From Desulfocapsa sulfexigens DSM 10523 (GTDB lineage: Bacteria; Desulfobacterota; Desulfobulbia; Desulfobulbales; Desulfocapsaceae): a stretch of 32,000 bases of DNA. Below the pieces are notes generated by a model. The model made no database searches. It saw nothing but the letters and a program-made list of their open reading frames with translations, and was not told the DNA's origin. Positions 1 through 9,161 of this stretch are shown here, piece after piece (position 1 is the first letter of the stretch; every line of letters begins with the position of its first letter). The DNA is taken from assembly GCF_000341395.1 (NCBI RefSeq), contig NC_020304.1:3360001-3392000 (forward strand), in the 5' to 3' direction. The position numbers and the translations under genes were made by a program.

Positions 1-1125
1 GAAATAGATGCAGTTGGTGGTAGCCGTGCTGGAGGAAGCACGGCCAGTGGCCAGGACGAAAGAAGCCAGACCTTGAATGCACTCCTGGTCGAAATGGATG
101 GATTTTCGTCTACTGACACCATTATAGTGCTTGCAGCAACCAATAGACCAGATATCCTGGATCCAGCCCTGAGACGTCCAGGTCGTTTTGACAGACAGGT
201 CAACATCCTGCCACCTGACATCAAGGGCAGAAAACGAATCCTTAAGGTTCACAGTGCCAAAGTTGCTCTTGCCCCTGAAATCAACCTCGACAAAATTGCT
301 CATATGGTTCCCGGTTTTACTGGTGCAGAGCTGGCAAATCTTGTCAACGAAGCGGCCCTGATGGCTGCAAGAGAGCAAAAGAAAGTTGTTAGCCATCAAC
401 ATTTTGAGCAGGCCAGAGATCGCATACTTATGGGGGTTGAACGAAAGGGGAGAATAATGTCCGACGCTGATCGAGAGATTCTTGCCTACCATGAGGCAGG
501 TCACGCAATTGTTGCCAAAACCCTACCCGACGCTGACCCAATCCACAAAATAACCATCATCCCTCGTGGCCAGGCACTTGGCCAGACGCAGCAATTATCC
601 ATTAACGATAGAAGCAGTTATAACTTCAACTACCTGCGCAGTAGAATTGTTATTTTGATGGGTGGCAGAGCAGCAGAAGAGATTGCATTTGGACAACGTA
701 CTACAGGCGCCCAGGGGGACATTGTTCAAGCCACTGAAATTGCGACCAACATGATCTGCAAGTGGGGAATGAGCGATGTAATAGGTCCGCAGGCCATGGT
801 AATAGATAACGCAGGATTCCTTGGAGGCTCATCGCACCGTGTTGAAATGAGTGACAGGACATCGGAAGCAATTGACAAGGAGATAAAAAATCTCCTGGCG
901 TCCTGCCACGATGAAGCAGTAGTAATCATCAAAGAACAATACTACCTTCTCAAACAGCTTGCAGCCATACTCCTTGAGGTTGAAACCCTGGATGATGAGG
1001 AGTTCAACATCATCATGTCCTGTCAATTTAAGGAAAAAATTGCTGCAGGAATAAAAGAAACTCACGAGTGTGAAACCTGCCCTGCAGCTGACAGATGTAT
1101 TCATTCAAAGCTGAAGAAGGACTAG
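1..1125 (+). CDS. ftsH: ATP-dependent zinc metalloprotease FtsH, C-terminal part (5' end outside window)
   Basis: Frame is open from base 1 (EIDAVGGSRAGG...[13 protein letters not shown]). [22 protein letters not shown] (AAA SRH) and protease motif HEAGH are present. Stop TAG at 1123-1125. Confidence 0.95.
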   Translation, partial: EIDAVGGSRAGGSTASGQDERSQTLNALLVEMDGFSSTDTIIVLAATNRPDILDPALRRPGRFDRQVNILPPDIKGRKRILKVHSAKVALAPEINLDKIAHMVPGFTGAELANLVNEAALMAAREQKKVVSHQHFEQARDRILMGVERKGRIMSDADREILAYHEAGHAIVAKTLPDADPIHKITIIPRGQALGQTQQLSINDRSSYNFNYLRSRIVILMGGRAAEEIAFGQRTTGAQGDIVQATEIATNMICKWGMSDVIGPQAMVIDNAGFLGGSSHRVEMSDRTSEAIDKEIKNLLASCHDEAVVIIKEQYYLLKQLAAILLEVETLDDEEFNIIMSCQFKEKIAAGIKETHECETCPAADRCIHSKLKKD

Positions 1126-1135
1126 GATAAAGAAA

Positions 1136-2041
1136 ATGCGGTCCTTAAAAAAAATGAGCTACCTCGTTTTCATGGGGGTAGCCCTTCTCCTCCTGTTGGT
1201 GATCATCTTCATTGTTCGCCAGTATCAACTGTCAGAACAATACGACACCATCATAACACAAAGCGAGAAGATGGTCTTTCAACTGCTGACGATACGGGAA
1301 CAACTCACCACTTCCCTTATCAAACAGGATTGGAAAGCCATCGCCACAACTGCAAACCAACTTGAAGATCTCAACTCTTCCATCGCAAGACTTCAGGAAA
1401 ATCCATTGATCCCAGGTGAGTTCAGACTTGGAATGGCACATCAAGTAGATGTCTCCGGTATAGCTATCGCTTCAAGAGAAATACTTTCAAGTTCTGACAA
1501 GCTTACAAACAGTCTTGTACTACAAGACAAGATGCGCAGTCTCACAGAATATCTTCTTCAGTTTGACCGTATTATAGGAAGTCAAATGCGTGCAAAAGTT
1601 GTGGCTTTCCAGACGGTAATGATAGGCGCACTTGGTGTGATCATTTGCCTAATAAGTTTTTCTCTTATTCTGCTCTACAAAAAGGCTTTAATCCCCCTCC
1701 TCCACCTTAAAAGACAAACCACGGACAACGATGTCATCAGCACTGGATTTCTGTATGACAAAAGCACCTGCTCAGAAATTACCATTTTTGTTGATTCTGT
1801 AAACTCACTACTCGATCAAATGAAAAACAGATCAGCAACTCAGGAACTTCCCCACACACTCAGCGATGAACTTGCTTCTATTATCAATGAAAGCAATAAT
1901 ATATCAAATGGAATCATCAATTATGCTCAATTGTTAAAGGATTCCTACCGTGAGGTTGAGATGGGAAATGAGGAGATGAAAATCCTCCAGAATATTATCG
2001 AAGGAGCTGAAAGAATCGCTCATCTTAACAAACAAATATAA
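1136..2041 (+). CDS. Membrane sensor-like protein with degenerate DHp helix and no HATPase domain
   Basis: Two hydrophobic segments flank an extracytoplasmic domain. The C-terminus INESNNISNGIINYAQLLKD resembles kinase phosphoacceptor regions. The protein is paralogous to the ORF at 16981-18405. Confidence 0.75.
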   Translation: MRSLKKMSYLVFMGVALLLLLVIIFIVRQYQLSEQYDTIITQSEKMVFQLLTIREQLTTSLIKQDWKAIATTANQLEDLNSSIARLQENPLIPGEFRLGMAHQVDVSGIAIASREILSSSDKLTNSLVLQDKMRSLTEYLLQFDRIIGSQMRAKVVAFQTVMIGALGVIICLISFSLILLYKKALIPLLHLKRQTTDNDVISTGFLYDKSTCSEITIFVDSVNSLLDQMKNRSATQELPHTLSDELASIINESNNISNGIINYAQLLKDSYREVEMGNEEMKILQNIIEGAERIAHLNKQI

Positions 2042-2215
2042 AACTCATTCTGTGCATATGATCAATGTTGGGCAAAACTTAACCTAACATATACTCTTTC
2101 CGATATTCATATAGCTTTAATATAACAAATTTTTTAAATATCTTCTTGCAAGTTTACATGATTTTTTTCAGTATTTTAGAAACAAATTAAGTTCACTGGC
2201 CATACTAATTTTCAC

Positions 2216-2244
2216 TTGACACTACGCTATTATGGCAGTATGCA
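2216..2244 (+). promoter_or_regulatory. Possible sigma-70-type promoter (TTGACA-N17-TATGCA)
   Basis: TTGACA at 2216-2221 and TATGCA at 2239-2244 with a 17 nt spacer, upstream of the cytochrome gene. Confidence 0.35.
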
Positions 2245-2397
2245 TTGCCTCCAACAATCTCAAACACTACTAAGTAGTAGCATACCATGTGGTATTACTG
2301 GTAACGATTCCCAGTTATTATGCTATTTAGTAATGTAATTAAACGTTTTATTACCTCCTTCATTTCACGCTGACCCATATCTACCGGAGCACAAAAA

Positions 2398-3342
2398 ATG
2401 ATCAAAAGTCCCCTATTAATGACCAGCTTTTTAACCCTTTCCACTTCCCTCCTGCTTGCTGGAAACTGTCTTGCCGAAGACGAATACGACGTCAAGGCCT
2501 ATGGTCCCAAAAGTGCGATCGTCTGGAACACTCCGATCAAGGCAACTTTTGACCATAAAACGCATACCATGGATGCCGGCGTCGAATGCTCGAGTTGTCA
2601 TGATGAAATATTTTCCATGCAACGCGGTACTGCCGTCAATACAAAAAAATTCACCATGAAAGCGATGGCAGAGGGACAGTTTTGTGGCACATGCCACGAT
2701 GGTGACACAGCCTTTGCCACCGACACAAACTGCATGGCATGCCATGGTGTTGCTGAAGAACCTCTCATATGGGAGGCCCCTACCAAGGCATCGTTCAGCC
2801 ATACTAAACATGTTGAAGAGATAGAACTTGAATGCGCGAGTTGCCACAGTGGTGTTTTTGCCATGAAAAAAGGAGCAGCTACTGCCAATAATGACTTCAC
2901 CATGGCTGCGTTCAAGGAAGGCAAGTATTGCGGGGCATGCCACAACGGTGACGATGCATTCGATTCGTCTACCCAATGCCAATCCTGCCACTACCCACCA
3001 ACTGAAAAAATTGTTTTCAACCAGCCCGTTAAATCCGTTGTCTTTGATCACAACATCCATGTTGGTAAAGCAGAACTTTCCTGCGAATCCTGTCACAAAG
3101 ACGTTTTCACTATGAAAAAAGGAACCATCGAAGGTGAAGAACTCAGCTTTTCTGATGACCCTGCAGAGAAACGAAAATATCTTGAAGCTCTGCACAACAA
3201 GTTTTGTGGCACCTGTCACGACTCATCCCAGGCCTTTGGTTATCTTACCCGATGTACTGTCTGTCACATTGGTGTTAAGGGATTCGACAAGATGAATGAG
3301 GGTACCTCCGGCAGTAAGGAGCATGGGAAAACAGGGCATTAA
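2398..3342 (+). CDS. Nonaheme c-type cytochrome, three c7-like triheme repeats, periplasmic
   Basis: Signal peptide. Nine CXXCH motifs (CSSCH, CGTCH, CMACH, CASCH, CGACH, CQSCH, CESCH, CGTCH, CTVCH) in three similar ~85-105 aa repeats. Confidence 0.92.
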   Translation: MIKSPLLMTSFLTLSTSLLLAGNCLAEDEYDVKAYGPKSAIVWNTPIKATFDHKTHTMDAGVECSSCHDEIFSMQRGTAVNTKKFTMKAMAEGQFCGTCHDGDTAFATDTNCMACHGVAEEPLIWEAPTKASFSHTKHVEEIELECASCHSGVFAMKKGAATANNDFTMAAFKEGKYCGACHNGDDAFDSSTQCQSCHYPPTEKIVFNQPVKSVVFDHNIHVGKAELSCESCHKDVFTMKKGTIEGEELSFSDDPAEKRKYLEALHNKFCGTCHDSSQAFGYLTRCTVCHIGVKGFDKMNEGTSGSKEHGKTGH

Positions 3343-3453
3343 TGGTCATTAGCTGAATCTGATCAGCGGCTGATCTACTGCCAATTCATTACAATTTTTA
3401 TCATTATTTACAGTTATACAAAATTATAGTTTTACAAATTAAGAGGAGAGAAA

Positions 3454-4761
3454 ATGACTGGAAGGATGGTTAATATTTCAAAAAGATGGGGATTTCATGG
3501 CGTCGAAGCCTTGAAAAATGCAAGTCCCCTGTACAAATTAACAATGGGAATGTTTGCACTTCTTGCTCTTGCCGGTGTGTCTGTAGGTCTCCATGGCATG
3601 ATCACCGGATATCACCATGTATACGGTGTAACAAGAGAAATTTCCTGGGGAGTACTTATATCAGCATATATCTTCTGTGTTGTTACCTCAACCGGACTCT
3701 GTATTGTCTCATCCATTGGTCATGTTTTCGGCGGTGAAGCTTTTATGCCCATTGCTAAGCGTGCCGTATTTATGTCAATTGTTTTTATGTTTGGTGGCTT
3801 TTGTATCATATTCTTTGATATAGAAAACCCCTTTCGCATGGCAATCTGGAACGTCATTTCACCGAATTTTGTTTCAAATATGTGGTGGATGGGAACACTC
3901 TACGGAATGTATCTCGTGTTCATGATTGTTGAATATTATTTTCTTCTCGAGCAAAACCATTCCTTATCCCGCCTCATGGGATTCTTTGGACTTGTTGTTG
4001 GTATTGCAGCTCATAGTAACCTGGGCGCAGTTTTTGGAATGCTTCATGGACGCCCATTCTGGTATGGCCCCTATCTTCCAATTTACTTCATCTTCTCCGC
4101 CGCCATGTCAGGTGGTTGCGCCATTCTCTTCTTCACTACACTTGGCTGGAAAATTAACCCTGAAATCATGAACCAGCGAATGGAACGAGCCATAAAAGCC
4201 ATTACGCAGGTCACAATCTTTCTTATTTCTGTAATTATTTTCTTTACCATCTGGAAAATCATTACCGGGATGGTTTCTGAAGGAAAGCATCTTGTTATAA
4301 TGTCTTTCTTGACTGGAGATTATGCCATTAATTTCTGGGTTTTTGAAATTTTCCTTGGAATGGTTCTTCCCCTCTATCTTCTTATCCGTTCACGAGGAAA
4401 CAATTTCAATCTCATTATGTGGGCCACCGGCCTTATGATGATCGGTATTTTCTTCATGCGTTATGACATTGTCATTCCAGGTCAAATGGAATCAGTATAC
4501 CACTCATTGGGTGTTGAAGAAGCCAAAAACATGCTCACCTACACCCCTTCATTCCATGAAATAATGGCCTCGCTCTTTGGTATTGGATTCATTGGCCTTG
4601 CCTATTTCGCCGGTGAAAAGATGCTCAATGGACACCAGCTTGAAAAGCATGAAATCGTCCCTGAGGGAGGCTATATCTGTCCAGGTTGTGGAGCTATCCA
4701 CTTTATGGAAGAAGGTGAAAGCGAAGAAGATGCAATGAAGCGTCACCATAGAATCTGGTAA
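3454..4761 (+). CDS. NrfD/HmcC-like integral membrane subunit of a redox complex, with C-terminal CPGCG tail
   Basis: Multiple transmembrane helices. Placed between cytochrome and FeS genes. C-terminus is GGYICPGCGAIHFMEEG. Confidence 0.85.
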   Translation: MTGRMVNISKRWGFHGVEALKNASPLYKLTMGMFALLALAGVSVGLHGMITGYHHVYGVTREISWGVLISAYIFCVVTSTGLCIVSSIGHVFGGEAFMPIAKRAVFMSIVFMFGGFCIIFFDIENPFRMAIWNVISPNFVSNMWWMGTLYGMYLVFMIVEYYFLLEQNHSLSRLMGFFGLVVGIAAHSNLGAVFGMLHGRPFWYGPYLPIYFIFSAAMSGGCAILFFTTLGWKINPEIMNQRMERAIKAITQVTIFLISVIIFFTIWKIITGMVSEGKHLVIMSFLTGDYAINFWVFEIFLGMVLPLYLLIRSRGNNFNLIMWATGLMMIGIFFMRYDIVIPGQMESVYHSLGVEEAKNMLTYTPSFHEIMASLFGIGFIGLAYFAGEKMLNGHQLEKHEIVPEGGYICPGCGAIHFMEEGESEEDAMKRHHRIW

Positions 4762-4779
4762 GAAAACGATAGGAAATTT

Positions 4780-4807
4780 TCTTTCTGCAACACACAATGC
4801 AGAAAGA
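4780..4807 (+). other. Intercistronic hairpin between NrfD-like and FeS genes
   Basis: 10 bp arms TCTTTCTGCA / TGCAGAAAGA with an 8 nt loop. Confidence 0.5.
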
Positions 4808-4856
4808 GAAATACCTGCCACCCTACTGAATGAATATTTGAAAGGATAGTTATCCC

Positions 4857-5681
4857 ATGAAATTTCCTAAAATAAATTTTGATAATATGAAGAACGAGGG
4901 AACCTCATCAGTCACCCCTCAAGAAAGACGAAAGTTTTTAAAACTCGGCCTTGCAGTCGCTGGTGTCTACGCAGGAGGAAAGATACTTTCCTTAACCTCC
5001 ATCGTTGGAACTGCGCATGCATCAGGTGGCAGCAGCATTGTAAAAAAATACCCATACAATCCACACTACAGTATGGTTATCCGTCAGTCTCTCTGTATTG
5101 ACTGTGAGAAATGCGTTGAATCATGCAACAAAACCAACCATGTCCCTGAATATGGTTATAGAACTCGTATCCTGACAAAGAAATATTCAGGAACTCTTGA
5201 CAAACAGGTTGAGTTTATTCCTGTACTTTGCAATCATTGTAACGATGCCCCCTGTGTAAGAGCATGCCCAACACGGGCAACCTTCAAGGATCCTATAACT
5301 GGTATTGTACGCATGGAGAGTAAAAAATGTATAGGCTGTAAAACCTGCATACTTGCATGCCCCTATGATGCCCGTTATTTCAGTGCTGAAAGACGCGCTG
5401 TAGACAAATGTGACTTCTGCTGGGAAGAAAGACTCTCAAAGGGCGAGACACAGACCGGTTGTTCATCTGCCTGCCCCACTGGAGCCAGAACCTTCGGCAA
5501 CCTTACCGATCCCGAAAATATTGTATACAAACTGGTTCATCAGCTGGAAGAACAGGTATGGGTTCTCCGTCCTGCCGATGATACTAAACCAAATATTTTC
5601 TATATGAAGGGTAATATGCGCTCGGTTGACAATATTCTCAATGGTCAGAAATTCAAATACTTCGATCCTGACAAAGTGTAA
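4857..5681 (+). CDS. Tat-exported ferredoxin-like 4x[4Fe-4S] subunit (HmcB/DsrO/NrfC-like)
   Basis: ERRKFLKLG Tat-like motif. Cysteine motifs CIDCEKCVESC, CNHCNDAPCVRACP, CIGCKTCILACP, CDFCWE...CSSACP. Confidence 0.9.
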   Translation: MKFPKINFDNMKNEGTSSVTPQERRKFLKLGLAVAGVYAGGKILSLTSIVGTAHASGGSSIVKKYPYNPHYSMVIRQSLCIDCEKCVESCNKTNHVPEYGYRTRILTKKYSGTLDKQVEFIPVLCNHCNDAPCVRACPTRATFKDPITGIVRMESKKCIGCKTCILACPYDARYFSAERRAVDKCDFCWEERLSKGETQTGCSSACPTGARTFGNLTDPENIVYKLVHQLEEQVWVLRPADDTKPNIFYMKGNMRSVDNILNGQKFKYFDPDKV

Positions 5682-5713
5682 CACACCGCACCTGGAACCT
5701 ATCCCGTTTCATC

Positions 5714-5755
5714 AATCCCTTCCTACCAGTTCCTGGTAGGAAGGGATTTTTTTTT
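5714..5755 (+). terminator. Intrinsic terminator
   Basis: Perfect 16 bp stem AATCCCTTCCTACCAG-TTC-CTGGTAGGAAGGGATT followed by a T tract. Confidence 0.93.
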
Positions 5756-5805
5756 CTTACTCCCATACTCTCCTTTTTCACCCTTTCACCACATCCCTAT
5801 TAATC

Positions 5806-5821
5806 CGGCACGCCTTGTGCA
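5806..5821 (+). promoter_or_regulatory. Sigma-54 (-24/-12) promoter candidate
   Basis: CGGCACGCCTTGTGCA: GG and GC dinucleotides separated by exactly 10 nt, upstream of the histidine kinase gene. Confidence 0.65.
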
Positions 5822-5858
5822 TATGAAACATAAAAAGACAGTTTTGTTGGATTTAACG

Positions 5859-5872
5859 CTACACTTATGTAG
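5859..5872. promoter_or_regulatory. Dyad regulatory site CTACACTTATGTAG
   Basis: 5 bp arms CTACA/TGTAG. Shares the CNACACTTNTGTNG motif with sites at 10995 and 11029. Confidence 0.5.
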
Positions 5873-5875
5873 TTT

Positions 5876-5907
5876 TGTGTGGTTATTGTGTCTCACGAAA
5901 CCACACA
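5876..5907. repeat. Inverted repeat in leader region
   Basis: Perfect 9 bp arms TGTGTGGTT / AACCACACA with a 14 nt spacer. Confidence 0.5.
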
Positions 5908-5974
5908 TCTGTTCCACTACTCTCTGAAATCTGGAACAGTTATGCATATTTTTTATCAGTAATGGATATACAAA

Positions 5975-7978
5975 ATGAACCCTTTTCGAAGAAATGAGAT
6001 CCTTCTCGCGATAAATGAACTTGCTGCCTCCGAAGCCGTAGAAGCTACCGGGGCCGACAAGTTGCTGAGGAAGTGTTGTGAAATTATCATGCAAAATCAT
6101 GAATATTGCCTTATATGGGCTGGAATTCGTGATGAAGATGGCGCTGCGATAACCCCTCTGGCAGCACTTACTTCTGCCAACATTCCCGATAGAGACTGTA
6201 TGTATCTCGTTGAGCAGGTTATCACCGACATGAGTTCAAGCAACCCTGCTGCCGAAGCACTCGTGTCTGGAACTAAAGTCATAATTCAGGATGTTCGTTC
6301 AACCAAACACTACAATTCCCTTCGCGAAATCTCTTTGAAAACCGGTTTCAGATCATGTTCTTCCTGGCCTCTTCTCTATATGGGGAGAGAATTTGGTATT
6401 ATTAACATTCACTCCGAAAAGGTTGATTGTTTTACTGATGAGGAAATTTCGTTTTTACAGGCGGTCGTCTCTGATATCGCCCTGGCTCTTTATACTCAGG
6501 ATATGACCAGGCGGATTCAAATAGAACGGGATTTCAACAGAGAAATGGTAGATACAATGCAAGCGCTTCTTATCTCTATTTCTCCCTGCGGAAAAATTTT
6601 ATCCTTTAACCAGAAGGCAGAAGAGGTGACTGGATACACTGAAGAAGAGGTCATTGACCGCTACTGGGTTGATGTCTTGATGGCTGAAGAAAATCGTAAG
6701 GCAGACCAACAACTTCTCACCCATGTACTGAAAGGTGAGACAGAACAGATGAATTTCGAATCATGCCTGCTTACGAAAGACTGTCAAAAGCGGTTTATCA
6801 ACTGGCACGCCTCTTTTCGACAGAATCTCGAAAAAGGAAAACTTGGGCTTGTCCTGTTTGGAATCGACATTACTGGGCAACTCCAAGTTGACCATGATCT
6901 TAAGCAGGCAATTTCACAATGGGAAAATATTTTTTCCGCAATTCAGGATCCAGCCCTCATTGTCTCAAAAGACTCCGTTATTCTTGATGCCAATCTGGCA
7001 ACATTCACAGCTGCACGGAAAACGCGCCCGGATGTCATTGGTCATAAAATATGCGACATTCTCCACCTCGGTCGCTCAACAAATGCACCCTGCCCTCTGG
7101 AACAGTTTATTGCAAAAGGTAAAAGCAGGATTATTGAAACTGAACTAAGAGGACTCCACGGTAACTATCTTCTTACCATCAGTCCTTTAAATATGAATGA
7201 CGGTGAAGAGGAAGCAGCCCTTCTTGTTGCCAGAGATTTAACAGAGGAAGAACTGATGAAGGCAGAAGCCATGCGCGCAGCTCAACTCGCCTCAGTGGGT
7301 GAGCTTGCAGCAGGTGTTGCCCATGAAATCAATAATCCCATAAATGGAATTATCAATTATGCCCAAATCATCCTCGACGACCCCGATGATCCAGACAATA
7401 GAGATCTGCTGGTACGAATAAAAAAAGAAGGAAAACGTATAGCATCGATAGTTTCGAATCTTCTCGATTTCTCAAGACGTGGTGAGGAATCGCCAGAAGA
7501 AGTTGCTATCCAAAGCATACTCAACAAGAGCCTGGAGCTTGTCAGTCACCGCTTTAACAACGATATGATACTTCTGGACATGCAACTCCCTGAAAACCTC
7601 CCTCTGGTTTACTGTAATTCTCAACAGATTCAACAGGTTTTCCTCAACATTCTCTCAAATGCCCGCTATGCCCTGAACGAAAAATTTCCAGGGCCAGATC
7701 CCAACAAGATCCTGACTGTTCGTGGTGAGACGATAATGCATGCAAAGGCCACTTATGTTCGTATTACCATAACAGATAACGGTTCTGGAATTGAACAGGA
7801 TTTAATCGATCGGGTTTTTGATCCATTTTACTCGAGTAAACCCAAAGGTGAAGGTACCGGTCTTGGCCTCTCCATCAGTCATGGACTCATTCAGGACAAC
7901 AAAGGATACCTCAGAATAGCCAGTGAACTCGGATCTTCAACATCCCTACTTGTTGATTTACCTATTTCTTCAAACTAA
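5975..7978 (+). CDS. GAF-PAS-PAS sensor histidine kinase (NtrB-like output)
   Basis: GAF-like N-terminus, two PAS-like regions, H-box GVAHEINNPINGIINYAQ, N-box, DNGSGI and GEGTGLGLSIS. Confidence 0.93.
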   Translation: MNPFRRNEILLAINELAASEAVEATGADKLLRKCCEIIMQNHEYCLIWAGIRDEDGAAITPLAALTSANIPDRDCMYLVEQVITDMSSSNPAAEALVSGTKVIIQDVRSTKHYNSLREISLKTGFRSCSSWPLLYMGREFGIINIHSEKVDCFTDEEISFLQAVVSDIALALYTQDMTRRIQIERDFNREMVDTMQALLISISPCGKILSFNQKAEEVTGYTEEEVIDRYWVDVLMAEENRKADQQLLTHVLKGETEQMNFESCLLTKDCQKRFINWHASFRQNLEKGKLGLVLFGIDITGQLQVDHDLKQAISQWENIFSAIQDPALIVSKDSVILDANLATFTAARKTRPDVIGHKICDILHLGRSTNAPCPLEQFIAKGKSRIIETELRGLHGNYLLTISPLNMNDGEEEAALLVARDLTEEELMKAEAMRAAQLASVGELAAGVAHEINNPINGIINYAQIILDDPDDPDNRDLLVRIKKEGKRIASIVSNLLDFSRRGEESPEEVAIQSILNKSLELVSHRFNNDMILLDMQLPENLPLVYCNSQQIQQVFLNILSNARYALNEKFPGPDPNKILTVRGETIMHAKATYVRITITDNGSGIEQDLIDRVFDPFYSSKPKGEGTGLGLSISHGLIQDNKGYLRIASELGSSTSLLVDLPISSN

Positions 7979-7988
7979 GGAGTACCTG

Positions 7989-9110
7989 ATGAACAAAAAC
8001 TACCGAATTCCACTCCTGCTCTCAATTATGTTCTTATCGGTTGCCACTGTTTTGTATTTTTTTGATTTACGGATTTCTAACAGCTGCTCGACTGTTAACT
8101 ACATCCCTTACAATATCTGGTCCTTAGTTATTCTTTTTTTCCTATACGTCATTACAATTTTTCTTTTTTGGCGTGAATCAAAGATATTTAAAAGGAAAGA
8201 GGTAACCCTTCAGAAGAATCTAAAAATGGCTACTGACTCTTTAAATGATGTTCAGTCATCCTTGGATGATGCTGTCGAGAAAAAAACATTTGAAATGTCG
8301 GTCATCAATGGATCGCTTAACCGGGAAATTGCCGAACGAATTCAAGCAGAAGCCGAAGGCCTTAAACTGCGAAAACGACTCCACACTATTCTCGACTCTG
8401 CAGGAGATGGCATCTTTGGGATAGATCTCGAAGGAAAAGTAACTTTTGTTAACCTTAAAGCCACGGAATTACTCGGTTGGACAAGGGAAGAACTAATAGG
8501 CACATCACACCACGACCTGGTCCATCACACCCGCAGCAATGGCCAGGATTTTCCTGTTGAAGAGTGTCCAATTTATATGGCCTACAAGGATGGACAGATG
8601 CACTTTGAAAAGAACGACGTTTTCTGGAAAAAGTCGGGTGACAACTTTATGGTCGAATACACCTCAACACCACTTCTCGATAACGGTCAGATATCAGGTG
8701 CTGTTGTGGTTTTCAAAGACATATCAAGAACGAAGAGACTCGAACGGCAACTTGATTTGATCGTTAACTCCGCAGGAGAAGGAATTTTTGGACTCGACAC
8801 TAATGGCAATGTAACCTTCATGAACAAGGCAGCATCCATTATGCTCGGGTGGGAGATGAAGGAATTGATCGGTAAATCACATCATCAACTGGTCCACCAC
8901 AGCCATGCGGACGGAACAAAATACCAGGAGTCCGATTGTCCTATTTTCATGGCCTGTAAGGATGGACAGGTACATTTCAAATCAGACGATCTTTTCTGGA
9001 CAAAAGACGGAAGCAGCTTTCCGGTAGAGTATACTTCCACCCCTATCATTGAGGGTAAAACACTTACTGGCGCAGTAGTTGTATTCAGAGATTTAACAAC
9101 CTTTGCATGA
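7989..9110 (+). CDS. Membrane protein with two tandem near-identical PAS domains and no output domain
   Basis: Start ATG at 7989 with SD AAGGAG. Two TM helices, then two repeats containing HH.LVHH...G......CPI.MA.KDG...EYTSTP....GAVVVF.D. Confidence 0.85.
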   Translation: MNKNYRIPLLLSIMFLSVATVLYFFDLRISNSCSTVNYIPYNIWSLVILFFLYVITIFLFWRESKIFKRKEVTLQKNLKMATDSLNDVQSSLDDAVEKKTFEMSVINGSLNREIAERIQAEAEGLKLRKRLHTILDSAGDGIFGIDLEGKVTFVNLKATELLGWTREELIGTSHHDLVHHTRSNGQDFPVEECPIYMAYKDGQMHFEKNDVFWKKSGDNFMVEYTSTPLLDNGQISGAVVVFKDISRTKRLERQLDLIVNSAGEGIFGLDTNGNVTFMNKAASIMLGWEMKELIGKSHHQLVHHSHADGTKYQESDCPIFMACKDGQVHFKSDDLFWTKDGSSFPVEYTSTPIIEGKTLTGAVVVFRDLTTFA

Positions 9111-9161
9111 TAACAGGGCAGATAACACTTTGGGTACAGAAAAAAAATAACAGGAGCAGCA

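Noticed and set aside
2235-2250. Possible sigma-54 promoter (TGGCAGTATGCATTGC) upstream of the nonaheme cytochrome gene
   Set aside because: The spacing between GG and GC is 11 nt instead of the required 10. A sigma-70-like pair fits better.
2431-3219. 262 aa minus-strand ORF antisense to the nonaheme cytochrome
   Set aside because: The opposite strand has nine CXXCH motifs and a signal peptide. The antisense reading has no recognisable domain and is a composition shadow.
5786-6100. 104 aa minus-strand ORF across the leader and kinase start
   Set aside because: It spans a promoter/leader region with dyads and the start of the kinase gene. No signal of real coding.
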